A DNA stretch of 64,000 nucleotides, taken from positions 1 to 64,000 of IMG/VR virus record IMGVR_UViG_3300024319_000003. The stretch is one strand, 5' to 3'. The notes below the pieces were generated by a model that had not been told where the DNA came from, ran no database searches, and saw nothing but the letters and a program-made list of their open reading frames with translations. The translations under genes were made by a program, and so were the position numbers. The stretch is from a virus. Shown in pieces: positions 47,509 through 58,300 of this stretch (position 1 is the stretch's first letter; each line of letters begins with the position of its first letter).

Positions 47509-48187
47509 TTACTTTACAAAAGAGACAGAAGAATATATAAACAAGTACAACTCTTCAATAGACACCGAATACCGTAATAAGATATTTACAGAACACATCT
47601 ACTACCCGTTCTATAAGCTAGCAGAGAATATAATACATACATTTAAGTTTTACTACACAGATGTTGATAAGATTGAAGACCTTAAACACGAAATAGTCTC
47701 TATGCTCTTAGAAGAAAAGATTATGAAGTTTGATAAGGATAATGGAGCAAAAGCTTATTCATATTTCGGAACTATAGTAAAAAGGTGGTTAATAAATTAT
47801 AATAATAAAAATTATAAGAAGTTAAAGAAAATCGGAAGTTTTGATGATATGGAAGATTCATACGATACTCCATTTTGGAAAAACGAAGAAGACTCTATAT
47901 CACTCAGCCAATTTCTAGATATATACGTAGAAGAAGCATATGTAGATTTAGAAAGTAATTTTACTAAAGAAAGTGAAAGAAAGATAGCGGATGCTATTTT
48001 AACTATATTTAAAACAAGACAGGATTTAGATATATTTAAAAAGAAAGCTCTGTATATATACATAAGGGAAATGACGGATTGTGAAACTCCACACTTAACT
48101 AAAGTGGTAAATAAGTTAAAAACACACTTCTATGTTTTATTCGATAAATATAATGATGTAGGTTTAATTCGCACAAAAGAACTTTAA
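47483..48187 (+). CDS. Phage sigma-factor-like protein (T4 gp55-like late sigma candidate)
   Basis: NYFT, KLAENII, KFD...KAYSYFGTIVKRWL (sigma region-2-like). Confidence 0.65.
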   Translation: MPRKRSKANYFTKETEEYINKYNSSIDTEYRNKIFTEHIYYPFYKLAENIIHTFKFYYTDVDKIEDLKHEIVSMLLEEKIMKFDKDNGAKAYSYFGTIVKRWLINYNNKNYKKLKKIGSFDDMEDSYDTPFWKNEEDSISLSQFLDIYVEEAYVDLESNFTKESERKIADAILTIFKTRQDLDIFKKKALYIYIREMTDCETPHLTKVVNKLKTHFYVLFDKYNDVGLIRTKEL

Positions 48188-48190
48188 ATC

Positions 48191-48197
48191 TATTTAT
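48191..48197 (+). promoter_or_regulatory. Representative TATTTAT putative late promoter
   Basis: TATTTAT upstream of genes at 2352, 6737, 7597, 9030, 13627, 20108, 27774, 29664, 33363, 36270, 44789, 48191, 50601, 62975 (+) and 5655-5661 (-). Confidence 0.65.
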
Positions 48198-48209
48198 ATA
48201 TAAAAACGT

Positions 48210-48581
48210 ATGAGTACTGATAAAGAAATTTTTAAAGGTAAATCATTATCTGATCTTTTTGGTGAAATCTACGATAACTCAAAAGAGACAAAATCTCAAG
48301 TGAAATCCCTTATTGGAGAATTAAAACCTCTAATAGAAAACATTGGCGATGCAACATTAATAGTTCCTATGATTAAAGAGTATATGGAAATAGGTGTTAA
48401 AAATGATGATGCACTAGTAAAACTAGCTACCATTATACAGAGAATGGAAATAGCTCAAACTAAAGGCGGCGGTGAGGATATGTTTAACTTCGAAGACCTT
48501 CAATCACTACTTGAAGAATCAGAAGATATACAAGAAGAGTTAGTAGATAAACAAGAGGATAACGGTAAAGAAGAAGAGTAA
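48210..48581 (+). CDS. Hypothetical helical protein
   Basis: First gene of the structural block. Confidence 0.75.
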   Translation: MSTDKEIFKGKSLSDLFGEIYDNSKETKSQVKSLIGELKPLIENIGDATLIVPMIKEYMEIGVKNDDALVKLATIIQRMEIAQTKGGGEDMFNFEDLQSLLEESEDIQEELVDKQEDNGKEEE

Positions 48582-48585
48582 AGTC

Positions 48586-49746
48586 ATGAGTATAAAAGGA
48601 CCGGACTTAAGAGACGATGAATTTAATACATTAAATAAACCTGTTAGGGTTATAGATGTAATAATAGATAAAGATCATCCTAGATATGAACTCGCTGGTA
48701 AAGCAGCAAGTGTAGGTGGTATATTCTATAGAGAGTTAGGACTGTCCTATGATGATTCTGAATCCGGAGAAGAAGCCTTTACAGGTTTCGCACATCCATT
48801 GAACCCTAATATAAACACACTTCCTCTAAAGAATGAAATAGTATACTTAGTTAAAGGTCCAAATAAGATAATAAGTAACTCCGGAGACATCGATGTAGAT
48901 TATTATCAGACAGTTTATAAGATATTTAACCACCCCCATGTTAACGCCTACCCAGTAAAAGATGACGCAGACGCAGAGGTAGATATTCAAGACGGATTAA
49001 ACTTAAATCCAGAAATTGCCCCTTTACAACCGTACCCAGGTGATACTATAATAGAAGGTAGGTTGGCACAATCGATACGAATGTCAGGAGGTTTTTCAGA
49101 AATTAATCCATTAACAGATGAAGATAACATTAACGATCCGTTTATTCTAATAAGCAACGGTCAGACTAATGTAAACTTAAACAAGAACGGTATATACCAT
49201 ATAGTAGAAAATATAGATAAGGACCCTTCATCTATATACTTAACATCCAACCACATAGTACCAATTACATTAGCTAATCAAAAAAGAGATAGTTACGACG
49301 ATGTACCGGACTTACCAACTAAGTACCAAGGAGAACAGGTAGTACTAAACGCAGGAAGATTAACATTTAATGCTAAGACAGACGATATATTAATATCAAG
49401 CGCTAAATCAGCAGGAATAAACGCAAACACAGTTAACGTAGACGCTAGCGATTACCTCTGTATAGATGCACCTAAAATCTTTTTAGGATCTAAAGCACGT
49501 GAGTATAATAATGAAAAGAAACAACCAGTAATGAAAGGTCACGAGGTTGAGCAATTTCTTAGCGATACTATAGATATACTTAAATCAATGTGTAACGCTA
49601 TGCAAGCAGCTTCAAACGGAGGAGGACCAGTAGTAAGTTTAGTAAAAGAGGGAGCATCTGCTTTAGCAAGATTACAGCAACAACAGGCTCTTATAAATCC
49701 AAGCGGAAAGTCAAATCTTAAATCAACTAAAACCTTCGTAGAATAA
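48586..49746 (+). CDS. Baseplate hub/spike protein (gp5/VgrG-like)
   Basis: PLKNEIV OB-fold-like motif, GDTIIEGR, beta-repeat C-terminus; position before gp25. Confidence 0.6.
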   Translation: MSIKGPDLRDDEFNTLNKPVRVIDVIIDKDHPRYELAGKAASVGGIFYRELGLSYDDSESGEEAFTGFAHPLNPNINTLPLKNEIVYLVKGPNKIISNSGDIDVDYYQTVYKIFNHPHVNAYPVKDDADAEVDIQDGLNLNPEIAPLQPYPGDTIIEGRLAQSIRMSGGFSEINPLTDEDNINDPFILISNGQTNVNLNKNGIYHIVENIDKDPSSIYLTSNHIVPITLANQKRDSYDDVPDLPTKYQGEQVVLNAGRLTFNAKTDDILISSAKSAGINANTVNVDASDYLCIDAPKIFLGSKAREYNNEKKQPVMKGHEVEQFLSDTIDILKSMCNAMQAASNGGGPVVSLVKEGASALARLQQQQALINPSGKSNLKSTKTFVE

Positions 49747-50594
49747 TGCCGTGTACTATCCCTCCATCGCAACTAGGCCTTTTTATAGGTAAATTAATAG
49801 GTAAACTAGAAGGGCTTATTATGGCACAAGTAACTAAGTTAATAGCTAAGGTACTTCAGGAACTACTAGGTAATTTCTGCCCAGATTTATCTATACTGGA
49901 AAATATACTTAAGACAAGAGATTCTCTAATTAATAAGATTACATTAGTCGAAAAGAAGATTGAACCTATAGCAGCATTTGCTGATAAATTAGATCCTCCG
50001 ATAAAAGCAGCAAAAATAATTATAACGTTATTAGAGATGCTACCAGTGCCAGGTACTATCGGTTTACCTCCTGGACCAGGTGGGGGTGTAATATACTCTA
50101 TTTCAGTAGGGAAACAAAACAGACTAGCTCAACTGTTAAACATAGCATGTAAGATAGTAGAGATGCTAGAGCAAGATCAGAAAGCTATCAAATATGTAAC
50201 AAACTCAGCACTAGCAACAATGACACCAGTCAAAGCAAAGCTAATGAGCTTAGATTTTAAATTATTTACATGTGTAGATAAATTACCCCAGGATCAAAAA
50301 GACCATATTATGTCTGTAATAGAAAACCTACCGTCAAATGTAGGTTTACTTGACGAGAAATCCATAGATGATGCAGGCGGAACAGTCTACGGTTACACTA
50401 AACCATCGTCAGGTAAAGAATATACAATAAAAATTGAAGAGGATAAAGATTCACCTAGTTACGCAAAACGTCGTTACGCTGTAGTCTACGATTCTTTTAA
50501 TATAGCAGTACTAAAAGGTCCTAAATCCTTTAGTTCTTCAACAAGAGTGTTGATAGACGAAATAAAATTTAGAATTAATAACCAACTTCCATAA
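49746..50594 (+). CDS. Putative structural/tail protein
   Basis: ORF in the baseplate block. Confidence 0.65.
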   Translation: MPCTIPPSQLGLFIGKLIGKLEGLIMAQVTKLIAKVLQELLGNFCPDLSILENILKTRDSLINKITLVEKKIEPIAAFADKLDPPIKAAKIIITLLEMLPVPGTIGLPPGPGGGVIYSISVGKQNRLAQLLNIACKIVEMLEQDQKAIKYVTNSALATMTPVKAKLMSLDFKLFTCVDKLPQDQKDHIMSVIENLPSNVGLLDEKSIDDAGGTVYGYTKPSSGKEYTIKIEEDKDSPSYAKRRYAVVYDSFNIAVLKGPKSFSSSTRVLIDEIKFRINNQLP

Positions 50595-50611
50595 CATAAC
50601 TATTTATATAT

Positions 50612-51043
50612 ATGAAACTAGATCAACTAAGAAAAATAATCAGGGAAGAAGTACGATCTGCAGTTAAATCAGAATTACAAGAAGTAATGAATGAGGCAAT
50701 TAAGATCGCAAGCAACCCTAGTGCACCACAGGCAACAGTAAATACTCAGAGAGTACCTGTTAAGAAACCAATAGTAGCACCAAAAACAGGTAAAACATCT
50801 CTAGATGAGATGTTAAGAATGACTAAGTCTACGATGACTAATCAAGAATACAAAAACGTATTCTCTGGAACATCTAACATGGTACAAGGAGGCACTAATA
50901 TGGCTACTAGCATGGCATCTCAAATGGGACTGCAAGGAGGACCAGCACCCGGAATAGATATAAGTTCTCTAGACTTTGTTAAAAAAGCAGGAGAAGTATT
51001 TAAAGCATCTAACAATGTAGATGCAGCAAAACAATTAATATAG
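50612..51043 (+). CDS. Hypothetical late protein
   Basis: LRKIIREEV N-terminus; TATTTAT upstream. Confidence 0.7.
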   Translation: MKLDQLRKIIREEVRSAVKSELQEVMNEAIKIASNPSAPQATVNTQRVPVKKPIVAPKTGKTSLDEMLRMTKSTMTNQEYKNVFSGTSNMVQGGTNMATSMASQMGLQGGPAPGIDISSLDFVKKAGEVFKASNNVDAAKQLI

Positions 51044-51048
51044 AGTAA

Positions 51049-51456
51049 ATGGCATTTGAAGCAAAAAAGATTAATCCGTTAGATTTACAACCTAGAAAAG
51101 CAATAGGTGTAGCGATACCTTTCTCAGGTAATGCTGTATTTAATTCTACATATCAATCTATTGATGCGATCAAAGCAAATTTAATAAATTACCTACTAAC
51201 AGGAAAAGGTGAAAGATATCTTAGACCTACGTTTGGTTCAGGACTTAGAAGTATGCTTTTTGAAAACGCTACTGTTGAAAACTTAGAAGATATTGAAGTA
51301 CTAATAAGAGAAGCATTAGTAAACTATTTCCCTGAACTTAATATTATAGACTTATTTCTAGAAAATAAAACAGAATATAACACAATAGAGTTTGGCTTAA
51401 AGTTTGCCATAGTAGGAACAGACTTAGAGGATGAAATCTTAATTAACATAGTATAA
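51049..51456 (+). CDS. Baseplate wedge subunit, gp25-like
   Basis: NLINYLLTGKGERYLRPTFGSGLRSMLFE. Confidence 0.9.
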   Translation: MAFEAKKINPLDLQPRKAIGVAIPFSGNAVFNSTYQSIDAIKANLINYLLTGKGERYLRPTFGSGLRSMLFENATVENLEDIEVLIREALVNYFPELNIIDLFLENKTEYNTIEFGLKFAIVGTDLEDEILINIV

Positions 51457-51458
51457 AA

Positions 51459-53252
51459 ATGGCTCAAAATATTAGTATAAAATATACAGACAAAGACTTT
51501 AACAGCTTAAGACAGCAGTTAATAGAGATGTCTAAGAACTACTTCCCAGATAGCTATAACGACTTCTCTGCAACATCACCAGGTATGATGTTTATGGAAA
51601 TGTCTGCTTATGTAGGAGACATATTATCTTTCTACCAAGACTCACAACTTCAAGAAACATACCTACAGTACGCTCAAAACCCAAGTAACCTATATACATT
51701 AGCTTACATGATGGGATATCGACCAAGAGCAACAAGAGCATCATCAGTAGAAATCGAAGTATCACAACGTGTAGCCGCATCAGGAGCATCCTATACACCA
51801 GATTGGGATCAAGCCTTATCTGTAAACGGCAATGTTCAATTAGAATACGGTAAACAAAAATTTGTAATTAATCAACCAGTTGATTTTAAATTTTCCAGTT
51901 CTTATGACCCTACAGATGTTACAATTTTTTCATTAATGGGAGATAATCCTTCGGAATTCATACTTACAAAAAAGGCAACAGCATCAGCAGGAGAGATAGC
52001 TACTAAAACAGTAGAAGTAATAGGACACCAGCAAAACTTTACTTTTGAAATAGATGACATTAATATAATAGGAGTACTTGATATAGTAGACAGCAATGGA
52101 GATAAATGGTACGAAGTACCGTACTTAGGTCAAGAAACAGTATATGAAACTACAAACATCACAGGGTCAGAAGACCTATTAACATTAATCAATGTTCCGA
52201 GAAGATTTGTAACAAGATTAAGGTCTAACAACCAAATGCAAGTTCAATTCGGATCAGGAGCACCAACAACAGAGAATACAGCTGTTGTACCTAACCCGAC
52301 AAATATTGGTTCTCCATTCACTGGAGGTATAAGTAGACTAGATTATGCATATGATCCTTCTAACTTCTTATATACAGACAGTTACGGTATAGCACCATCT
52401 AGCACCGTACTGACAGTTAGGTATCTACGAGGTGGAGGAGTTGCATCAAATGTAGAAGCAAACACACTTACAACTTCAACAAATGCTACATATACAGCAA
52501 TAGATAATACCTATTCAGGTACGTTAACTTATAATAATCCAAAACCTGCAACGGGAGGTAAAGACGGAGATTCAGCAGAAGAAGTAAGACAAAACTCTCT
52601 TAAAGCTTTTGCAGAGCAAGGTAGACTAGTAACTAAGCAAGATTATGCATTTAGAGCCTTGACTATGACACCTAATCTAGGAGCAATAGCTAAATCATTT
52701 GTGACAACACCAGACATAGTTACAACAAGTAATGCCAAAAGCTATGATAGAATTGACAGTACTAATGTATGTTTGTATGTTTTAGCGTATGATAAGGATT
52801 ATAAACTAACAGAAGGTTCAACACAACTTAAAAATAATCTAAAAGAATACCTTGCACCGTATATGATGTTAACCGATTCTCTTGATATTAAAGATGCTTA
52901 CATTATAAACATAGGTATTAATTATGATATAATATCACTACCTAATTACAATTCTAGAGAAGTTCTATTCAACTGCTCTTTAGCATTAAAGAATTACTTT
53001 AGAACATCGAATCGATTAATTAATCAACCGATAAACTTATCAACAGTATATACATTATTAGATAGAATAAAAGGAGTTCAAACAATACAGAATATTAAGA
53101 TAACAACTAAAACCGGAGGTAGCTATTCTGAGTACGATTACGATATACCGGGAGCAATGAAAGACAATATTATTTTCCCTTCATTAGATCCTATGATATT
53201 TGAATTAAAATACCCAGACAACGATATTCAAGGTAGAATAACAACATTATAA
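51459..53252 (+). CDS. Baseplate wedge subunit, gp6/baseplate-J-like
   Basis: DFNSLRQQL, AYVGDILSFYQD, GGKDGDS.EE.R, RLVTKQDY. Confidence 0.9.
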   Translation: MAQNISIKYTDKDFNSLRQQLIEMSKNYFPDSYNDFSATSPGMMFMEMSAYVGDILSFYQDSQLQETYLQYAQNPSNLYTLAYMMGYRPRATRASSVEIEVSQRVAASGASYTPDWDQALSVNGNVQLEYGKQKFVINQPVDFKFSSSYDPTDVTIFSLMGDNPSEFILTKKATASAGEIATKTVEVIGHQQNFTFEIDDINIIGVLDIVDSNGDKWYEVPYLGQETVYETTNITGSEDLLTLINVPRRFVTRLRSNNQMQVQFGSGAPTTENTAVVPNPTNIGSPFTGGISRLDYAYDPSNFLYTDSYGIAPSSTVLTVRYLRGGGVASNVEANTLTTSTNATYTAIDNTYSGTLTYNNPKPATGGKDGDSAEEVRQNSLKAFAEQGRLVTKQDYAFRALTMTPNLGAIAKSFVTTPDIVTTSNAKSYDRIDSTNVCLYVLAYDKDYKLTEGSTQLKNNLKEYLAPYMMLTDSLDIKDAYIINIGINYDIISLPNYNSREVLFNCSLALKNYFRTSNRLINQPINLSTVYTLLDRIKGVQTIQNIKITTKTGGSYSEYDYDIPGAMKDNIIFPSLDPMIFELKYPDNDIQGRITTL

Positions 53253-53254
53253 AA

Positions 53255-54313
53255 ATGGCACTATACAGAATTTTTCCTACTCAAGACTCAACAATATACT
53301 CTCAATACCCGTATAAGAATACCGGTAGAGATGAGTTACTAGAAATAGGTGGATTTCCATCTTCTGGAACAGGGTTTACTGCTAGAGCATTAATTGAGTT
53401 TAAAACAGAAGATATACAAGAAGTATTAACAGATAAAGCAGGAGGCTCAGACTTTTCTGCTAGCTTAAAATGTTTCTTAAACTTTGCATCTGAAATACCT
53501 AGTAGCTTTAAAGTAGAAAGTCATGTAATTACAAGAGCATGGGGAGAAGGATTAGGTAAGCTTGGAGATAACCCAGAAAGCAAAGGTGGATGCTCTTGGA
53601 CAGCAAGTGACTCAGGTACTAACTGGTCATCTGCAGGAGGAGATTATGTAGGTACAAATAGTGGTGTTATTGTTAGTGCATCTAAGTCATTAGATAAAAC
53701 TACACCTTATGACTTGGATTTAAATATAACTAACGCAGTTAATGAATGGACTAAAGATGTCAGTCCACTAGCTAACAATGGGTTACTACTCAAAGTAGAA
53801 GATGCTTACGAAAACTTTACATCAGCATCTATAAGATTAAAATACTATTCCAGCGACACCAACACAATCTACCCACCATATTTAGAAATAAAATGGGATG
53901 ATTTTAGTCATAATTCTGGTTCACTACCAACATTAACAGATGCAGATGCAGTTATTACTTTAAAAAATAATAAAGGTAAATACGCAGATGAAGGAAAGGT
54001 AAGGTTTAGAGTAAATTCAAGACCAAACTATCCAACTAGAACCTTTACTACATCGTCTGCATATACTGTTAATTATGCTCTACCAACTGCATCGTACTGG
54101 GGACTTAGAGATGAGTTTACAGAGGAAATGATAGTTGACTTTGATACTACGTTTACTAAACTAAGCTGTGATAGTAAATCTAACTATTTTGATATATACT
54201 TAGACGGTCTTCAACCAGAGAGATTTTATAAGGTATTAATAAAATCAGAAATAGACGGAACAGATGTAGTAATAGATAATGACCAAATCTTTAAGATTGT
54301 AAGAAATGGATAG
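53255..54313 (+). CDS. Virion protein with DNRLRE-like domain
   Basis: DSTIYS, RALIEF, W.EG, NWSSAGGD, NNGLLLK, PYLEIKW. Confidence 0.7.
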   Translation: MALYRIFPTQDSTIYSQYPYKNTGRDELLEIGGFPSSGTGFTARALIEFKTEDIQEVLTDKAGGSDFSASLKCFLNFASEIPSSFKVESHVITRAWGEGLGKLGDNPESKGGCSWTASDSGTNWSSAGGDYVGTNSGVIVSASKSLDKTTPYDLDLNITNAVNEWTKDVSPLANNGLLLKVEDAYENFTSASIRLKYYSSDTNTIYPPYLEIKWDDFSHNSGSLPTLTDADAVITLKNNKGKYADEGKVRFRVNSRPNYPTRTFTTSSAYTVNYALPTASYWGLRDEFTEEMIVDFDTTFTKLSCDSKSNYFDIYLDGLQPERFYKVLIKSEIDGTDVVIDNDQIFKIVRNG

Positions 54314-55295
54314 TAAAAAAGTAAAAATATCAAAAACAGTATTTGATAAGAGTTCATTTAGGAACACTATCGATAGTAAGTTTACTTTTTTTAAAGAACC
54401 CGAACCTATTGTAGACCCTGACACAATAGAAGAGCTCTTTAGACTGTACTCGAAACTATATTTGCTAATACCCGTAGAAGGAGAAAGAGATAGTCATCAG
54501 TACCTAGTAGAAAAAAGTTCAGAACTGTACCAAATTGATAGGCAGTTAGAATCAATTCAACCACTACTTGATGAAGTAGCACAATTGCGACAGCAGATAT
54601 TAGATGGAAATAGACGAATTGCTGAATTAGAAATACAATTAGCAACAGGTAACGAAATATCTTACGAGGATGTAGAAAAAGTTGCTTTATTACAAGCAGA
54701 TCTAGCAGCAGCAAATGCAAATATAGTTGCACTAGAAACTGCAAACACAATAGCTAACAGTGCAGCAGAAGCAGCACAAGAAGCAAACGCCGCCCAAGCA
54801 GAAGCACAAGCTACAGCAGATGCACAAGCAGCAGAAGCAGAAGCACAAGCAGCATCTTCCCAAGCAGATGTAGATGAACTTATTAGTATATTCAAAGACG
54901 GTAACCAGGTATTAGGTCGAGCATATAATTATATGAAACATAACAATACCATTAATATTTTTCACTGGCATAGAGGACCTACATGGGTTAGAGCGATAGC
55001 AAATAACTATAAAAATAAATTCTACTGGATGTTCGGAAAAGATTCATCAGATAAAGGAGACTGGAATTCAAGAAGAGGCGGAGATAGTTCCTACTTTATA
55101 CCTGCAACACCGAGGGAATCAAAGGAAATGACATTAGACTTTTTTGTAGAAGAGTTAAAACAAGCAGGGTATAAAGCTGATGCAATTGTTGAAGCAGCAA
55201 ACAAAACAGGAAGTATGAATAACAAAGTATCTTTTAGGCTTATAACATTTAACGATCCTGATGCTGAAAACGAAGTTGGATATAGGTTATTATAA
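54306..55295 (+). CDS. Putative virion protein with Ala/Gln-rich coiled coil
   Basis: TIEELFRLY N-domain; AAEAAQEANAAQAEAQA stretch. Confidence 0.7.
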   Translation: MDSKKVKISKTVFDKSSFRNTIDSKFTFFKEPEPIVDPDTIEELFRLYSKLYLLIPVEGERDSHQYLVEKSSELYQIDRQLESIQPLLDEVAQLRQQILDGNRRIAELEIQLATGNEISYEDVEKVALLQADLAAANANIVALETANTIANSAAEAAQEANAAQAEAQATADAQAAEAEAQAASSQADVDELISIFKDGNQVLGRAYNYMKHNNTINIFHWHRGPTWVRAIANNYKNKFYWMFGKDSSDKGDWNSRRGGDSSYFIPATPRESKEMTLDFFVEELKQAGYKADAIVEAANKTGSMNNKVSFRLITFNDPDAENEVGYRLL

Positions 55296-55326
55296 AGTAG
55301 TAAATAGATTAAAATAAAAAAAGTAA

Positions 55327-58300
55327 ATGGCTAAAGTAACATACACTTCACAAGATATTATTGCTAATAGCTTACCTGATGTAGAGAAATACTCAAGTAA
55401 GGATCTTAATTTAATAGACAATTTTAAAGTTAACAAGGAGTTTGACTTTAATAAGCATTATATTGAGACTCACTTCTATACGGTAAATAATTATAGACTG
55501 TACTCTTCGTATAACTACTCACTTCCGGTTCCAAACCTAAGTATACCCACAGAAGATCAAAAATCAACAGAAATAGAATTAAAACCTGCTGAACTAGCCA
55601 TACAGCAAGGATTTGCACGTACTAAAGTAAAGGTACTATTTCACTTTTTAAACGATGTATTCACAATAGGTAACGGTAAGCAAGATTTATACATACACAG
55701 TATATCAACAGACCGTAAAGAAGTTTTACTTTATTCCGATAAGATAAAAGTTAACGAGTTAATTAATAGAACAGACGAACTAAAAGAAAAGATAAAGAGT
55801 AAGAGTTACTTTGAAGAACTTTCCCTTAACATGGGAGATAATGATCTTCTGATAGTAACAAATATAGATACATTCCAACTAGATAACAAATACACAGTTG
55901 CACTTAGACTGTATGAACCATTACCTGATAAATATGATATTAAGAGTGATGTTCAACTAGTAGAAAAAGTATCAGATTCAATAGCTACTTTAGTTATACC
56001 TGATATAGAGGAAGAAGAAAGACAGGCTCCAAAGCTAAGACAAGCAAACTTTTCTGTAGAATTAGAGACTCAAGACAGTACACCTACAGAGTACTTTAAA
56101 TTAAATGATTTATTTAGTTATGAATCTAATAACTCTAATAAAGAATTATTTTCACTCATAAATGAAAAGAGTGCCAACATCGGCATAGACCATAGAGAGT
56201 ATGAAAACTTTATTCACTTTTCTTCTGCTGAAGAAAGACTTAGAAACTTTAAATATAAAGTAAGTCTACTAGAAGCATATGAGAGTGACCTACTTACAGA
56301 ACAAGGAATTAACAATCCTAACACAGTAGCAGCAAGCGGAAGTATAGTAGCAACAAGGAACCTAATAGATGGTATAGTAAATAATTTTGATCACTATGAA
56401 AGGTTCCTATACTATGAAAGTGGATCTAAGTCGTGGCCTAAGTCTAATGATGATAAACCTTATGTAAATTTAGAGATAAGTAATACAGCATCGGTAGCGT
56501 GGTTTGACGAACAGATAACATCTGCATCTTCTTATGATGCAAGAAATCTAGATGTATTGACCGGATTTCTACCAGAATATATAGCAGACGATGATAATAA
56601 TAAAGCAGCTATTACATTTACTCATATGCTCGGTCAGCATTACGATAACTTATGGATATACACTAAAGCTCTAACAGATAAGTACGATACAGATAACAGG
56701 TTAGATTACGGTATATCTAAAGACTTAGTACAGGAGGCAGTAAAGAGTATGGGAATAAAACTGTATAATTCTGTTGAAGGCACAAACGACTTATTCAGTT
56801 ACATTATACAGGATACATACGATAGCGGTAGTCAAAGCGAAGTAATAAATCACTACGCAGGTCCTTTTACTGAAGCAGAATTTGCAAGTGGCTTTATAAG
56901 ATTTAGAAGTGATTCAAATACTGCAGATAGTAATATGACAATTACTTTAACTTCTGTACAAGGAACAACAATTACATACCAAGCTACTAACGATGTATCA
57001 AAAACATCTACTATAGATGCAGCAACAGGTAATACATTATTTTATATAGGAAATGCAGGTGTTTACACTGGAGCAGTTGCAAGAGAGTATCGATTTAATA
57101 ATGCTATAAAAAGTAGTAATGGACACGGTGGAGAATTTACTTATGAATCAACATCTATAGCTGGAGAGATAGTAATAAAACAAACAATAGCAGGACCGCA
57201 AGGAAATATAGCATGGATAACAGGTTCTAGCTTTTATGGAGCAGGTCAACTATCCGGAGGAATGTCAACTGCATTTACAGGTGGCACCACTTCTACCGGC
57301 AAATCTATATCTACAAAAGATTATGAAGCAAGTGTATATAAAAGACTCTACCACAACATACCACTTTTACTTAAATCAAAAGGTACAGAACGGGGACTAA
57401 GAGCACTTATAAACTGCTTTGGTATACCTAAAGACTTTTTAACAATTAAAACATTCGGGCAGCATGAAGACTCGATATATTTTGGACCGGAAAATGCCTA
57501 TACATCTTCTTTAAACAGCGTAACAGTAATACCATCCATCCCAGAAGATGGAAAAGTACTAACTGGTAATAGATCAATAACATTAGAAAATCCACAAGGA
57601 AATAGACAATCTACTAACATATATAAGTCAAGAAAAGTAGAAGTAGGGTTTTCACCTTCAACAGTGTTAAATAAGTACATTAATGAACAAGCAGACTTAA
57701 TAAGAGCAAACTACACACAAGCACAGTTTAGTCTAGATCATTGGATTGGAGATCCTAGAGATCTTAATAAAGATGTTTATGAATCACCTGATTATAAGTT
57801 TAAGTATACGCTAGAGAGACTGAAGTACAATATTTTTCCGGATTTAGGAAAAGAGTATTTAAATTACAATCTAAAAGATTTTGTACGTATTTTTAAATTC
57901 TACGATAACGTACTCTTTAAAATGATTAAAGATTTTGTACCCTCTAATGCAAATTTAGATGTAGGTATTATCATACAGCCACATAGTTTAGAACGATCCA
58001 AAATTAAATCACCCTCAGTCGAAGGAACTGATAATACTTACTCAGCAAGTATAGATACAGCTTTTGTAACAGGTTCTTCAGCAGGAGCGTACAATGATAA
58101 GGTATTACCGGAAAATAAACACCTAAAAGGGCTACCTGTTAATTTCAGCCCAGGTAAGGTAGGGGGACATTCAGATATTAATTTTCATATAAATTTTGCT
58201 ACTGGATCAGCAGACTTTGGTGAAATAGTCCCACAGGGTACAGTATTTTACCATCCAGATGGAACTGAGTACAATATAGAAGAAGTATATAAACCAGGTA

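Noticed and set aside
54700-54870. gcagaagca/gcacaagca nucleotide repeats
   Set aside because: Explained by the Ala/Glu/Gln-rich coiled-coil coding sequence
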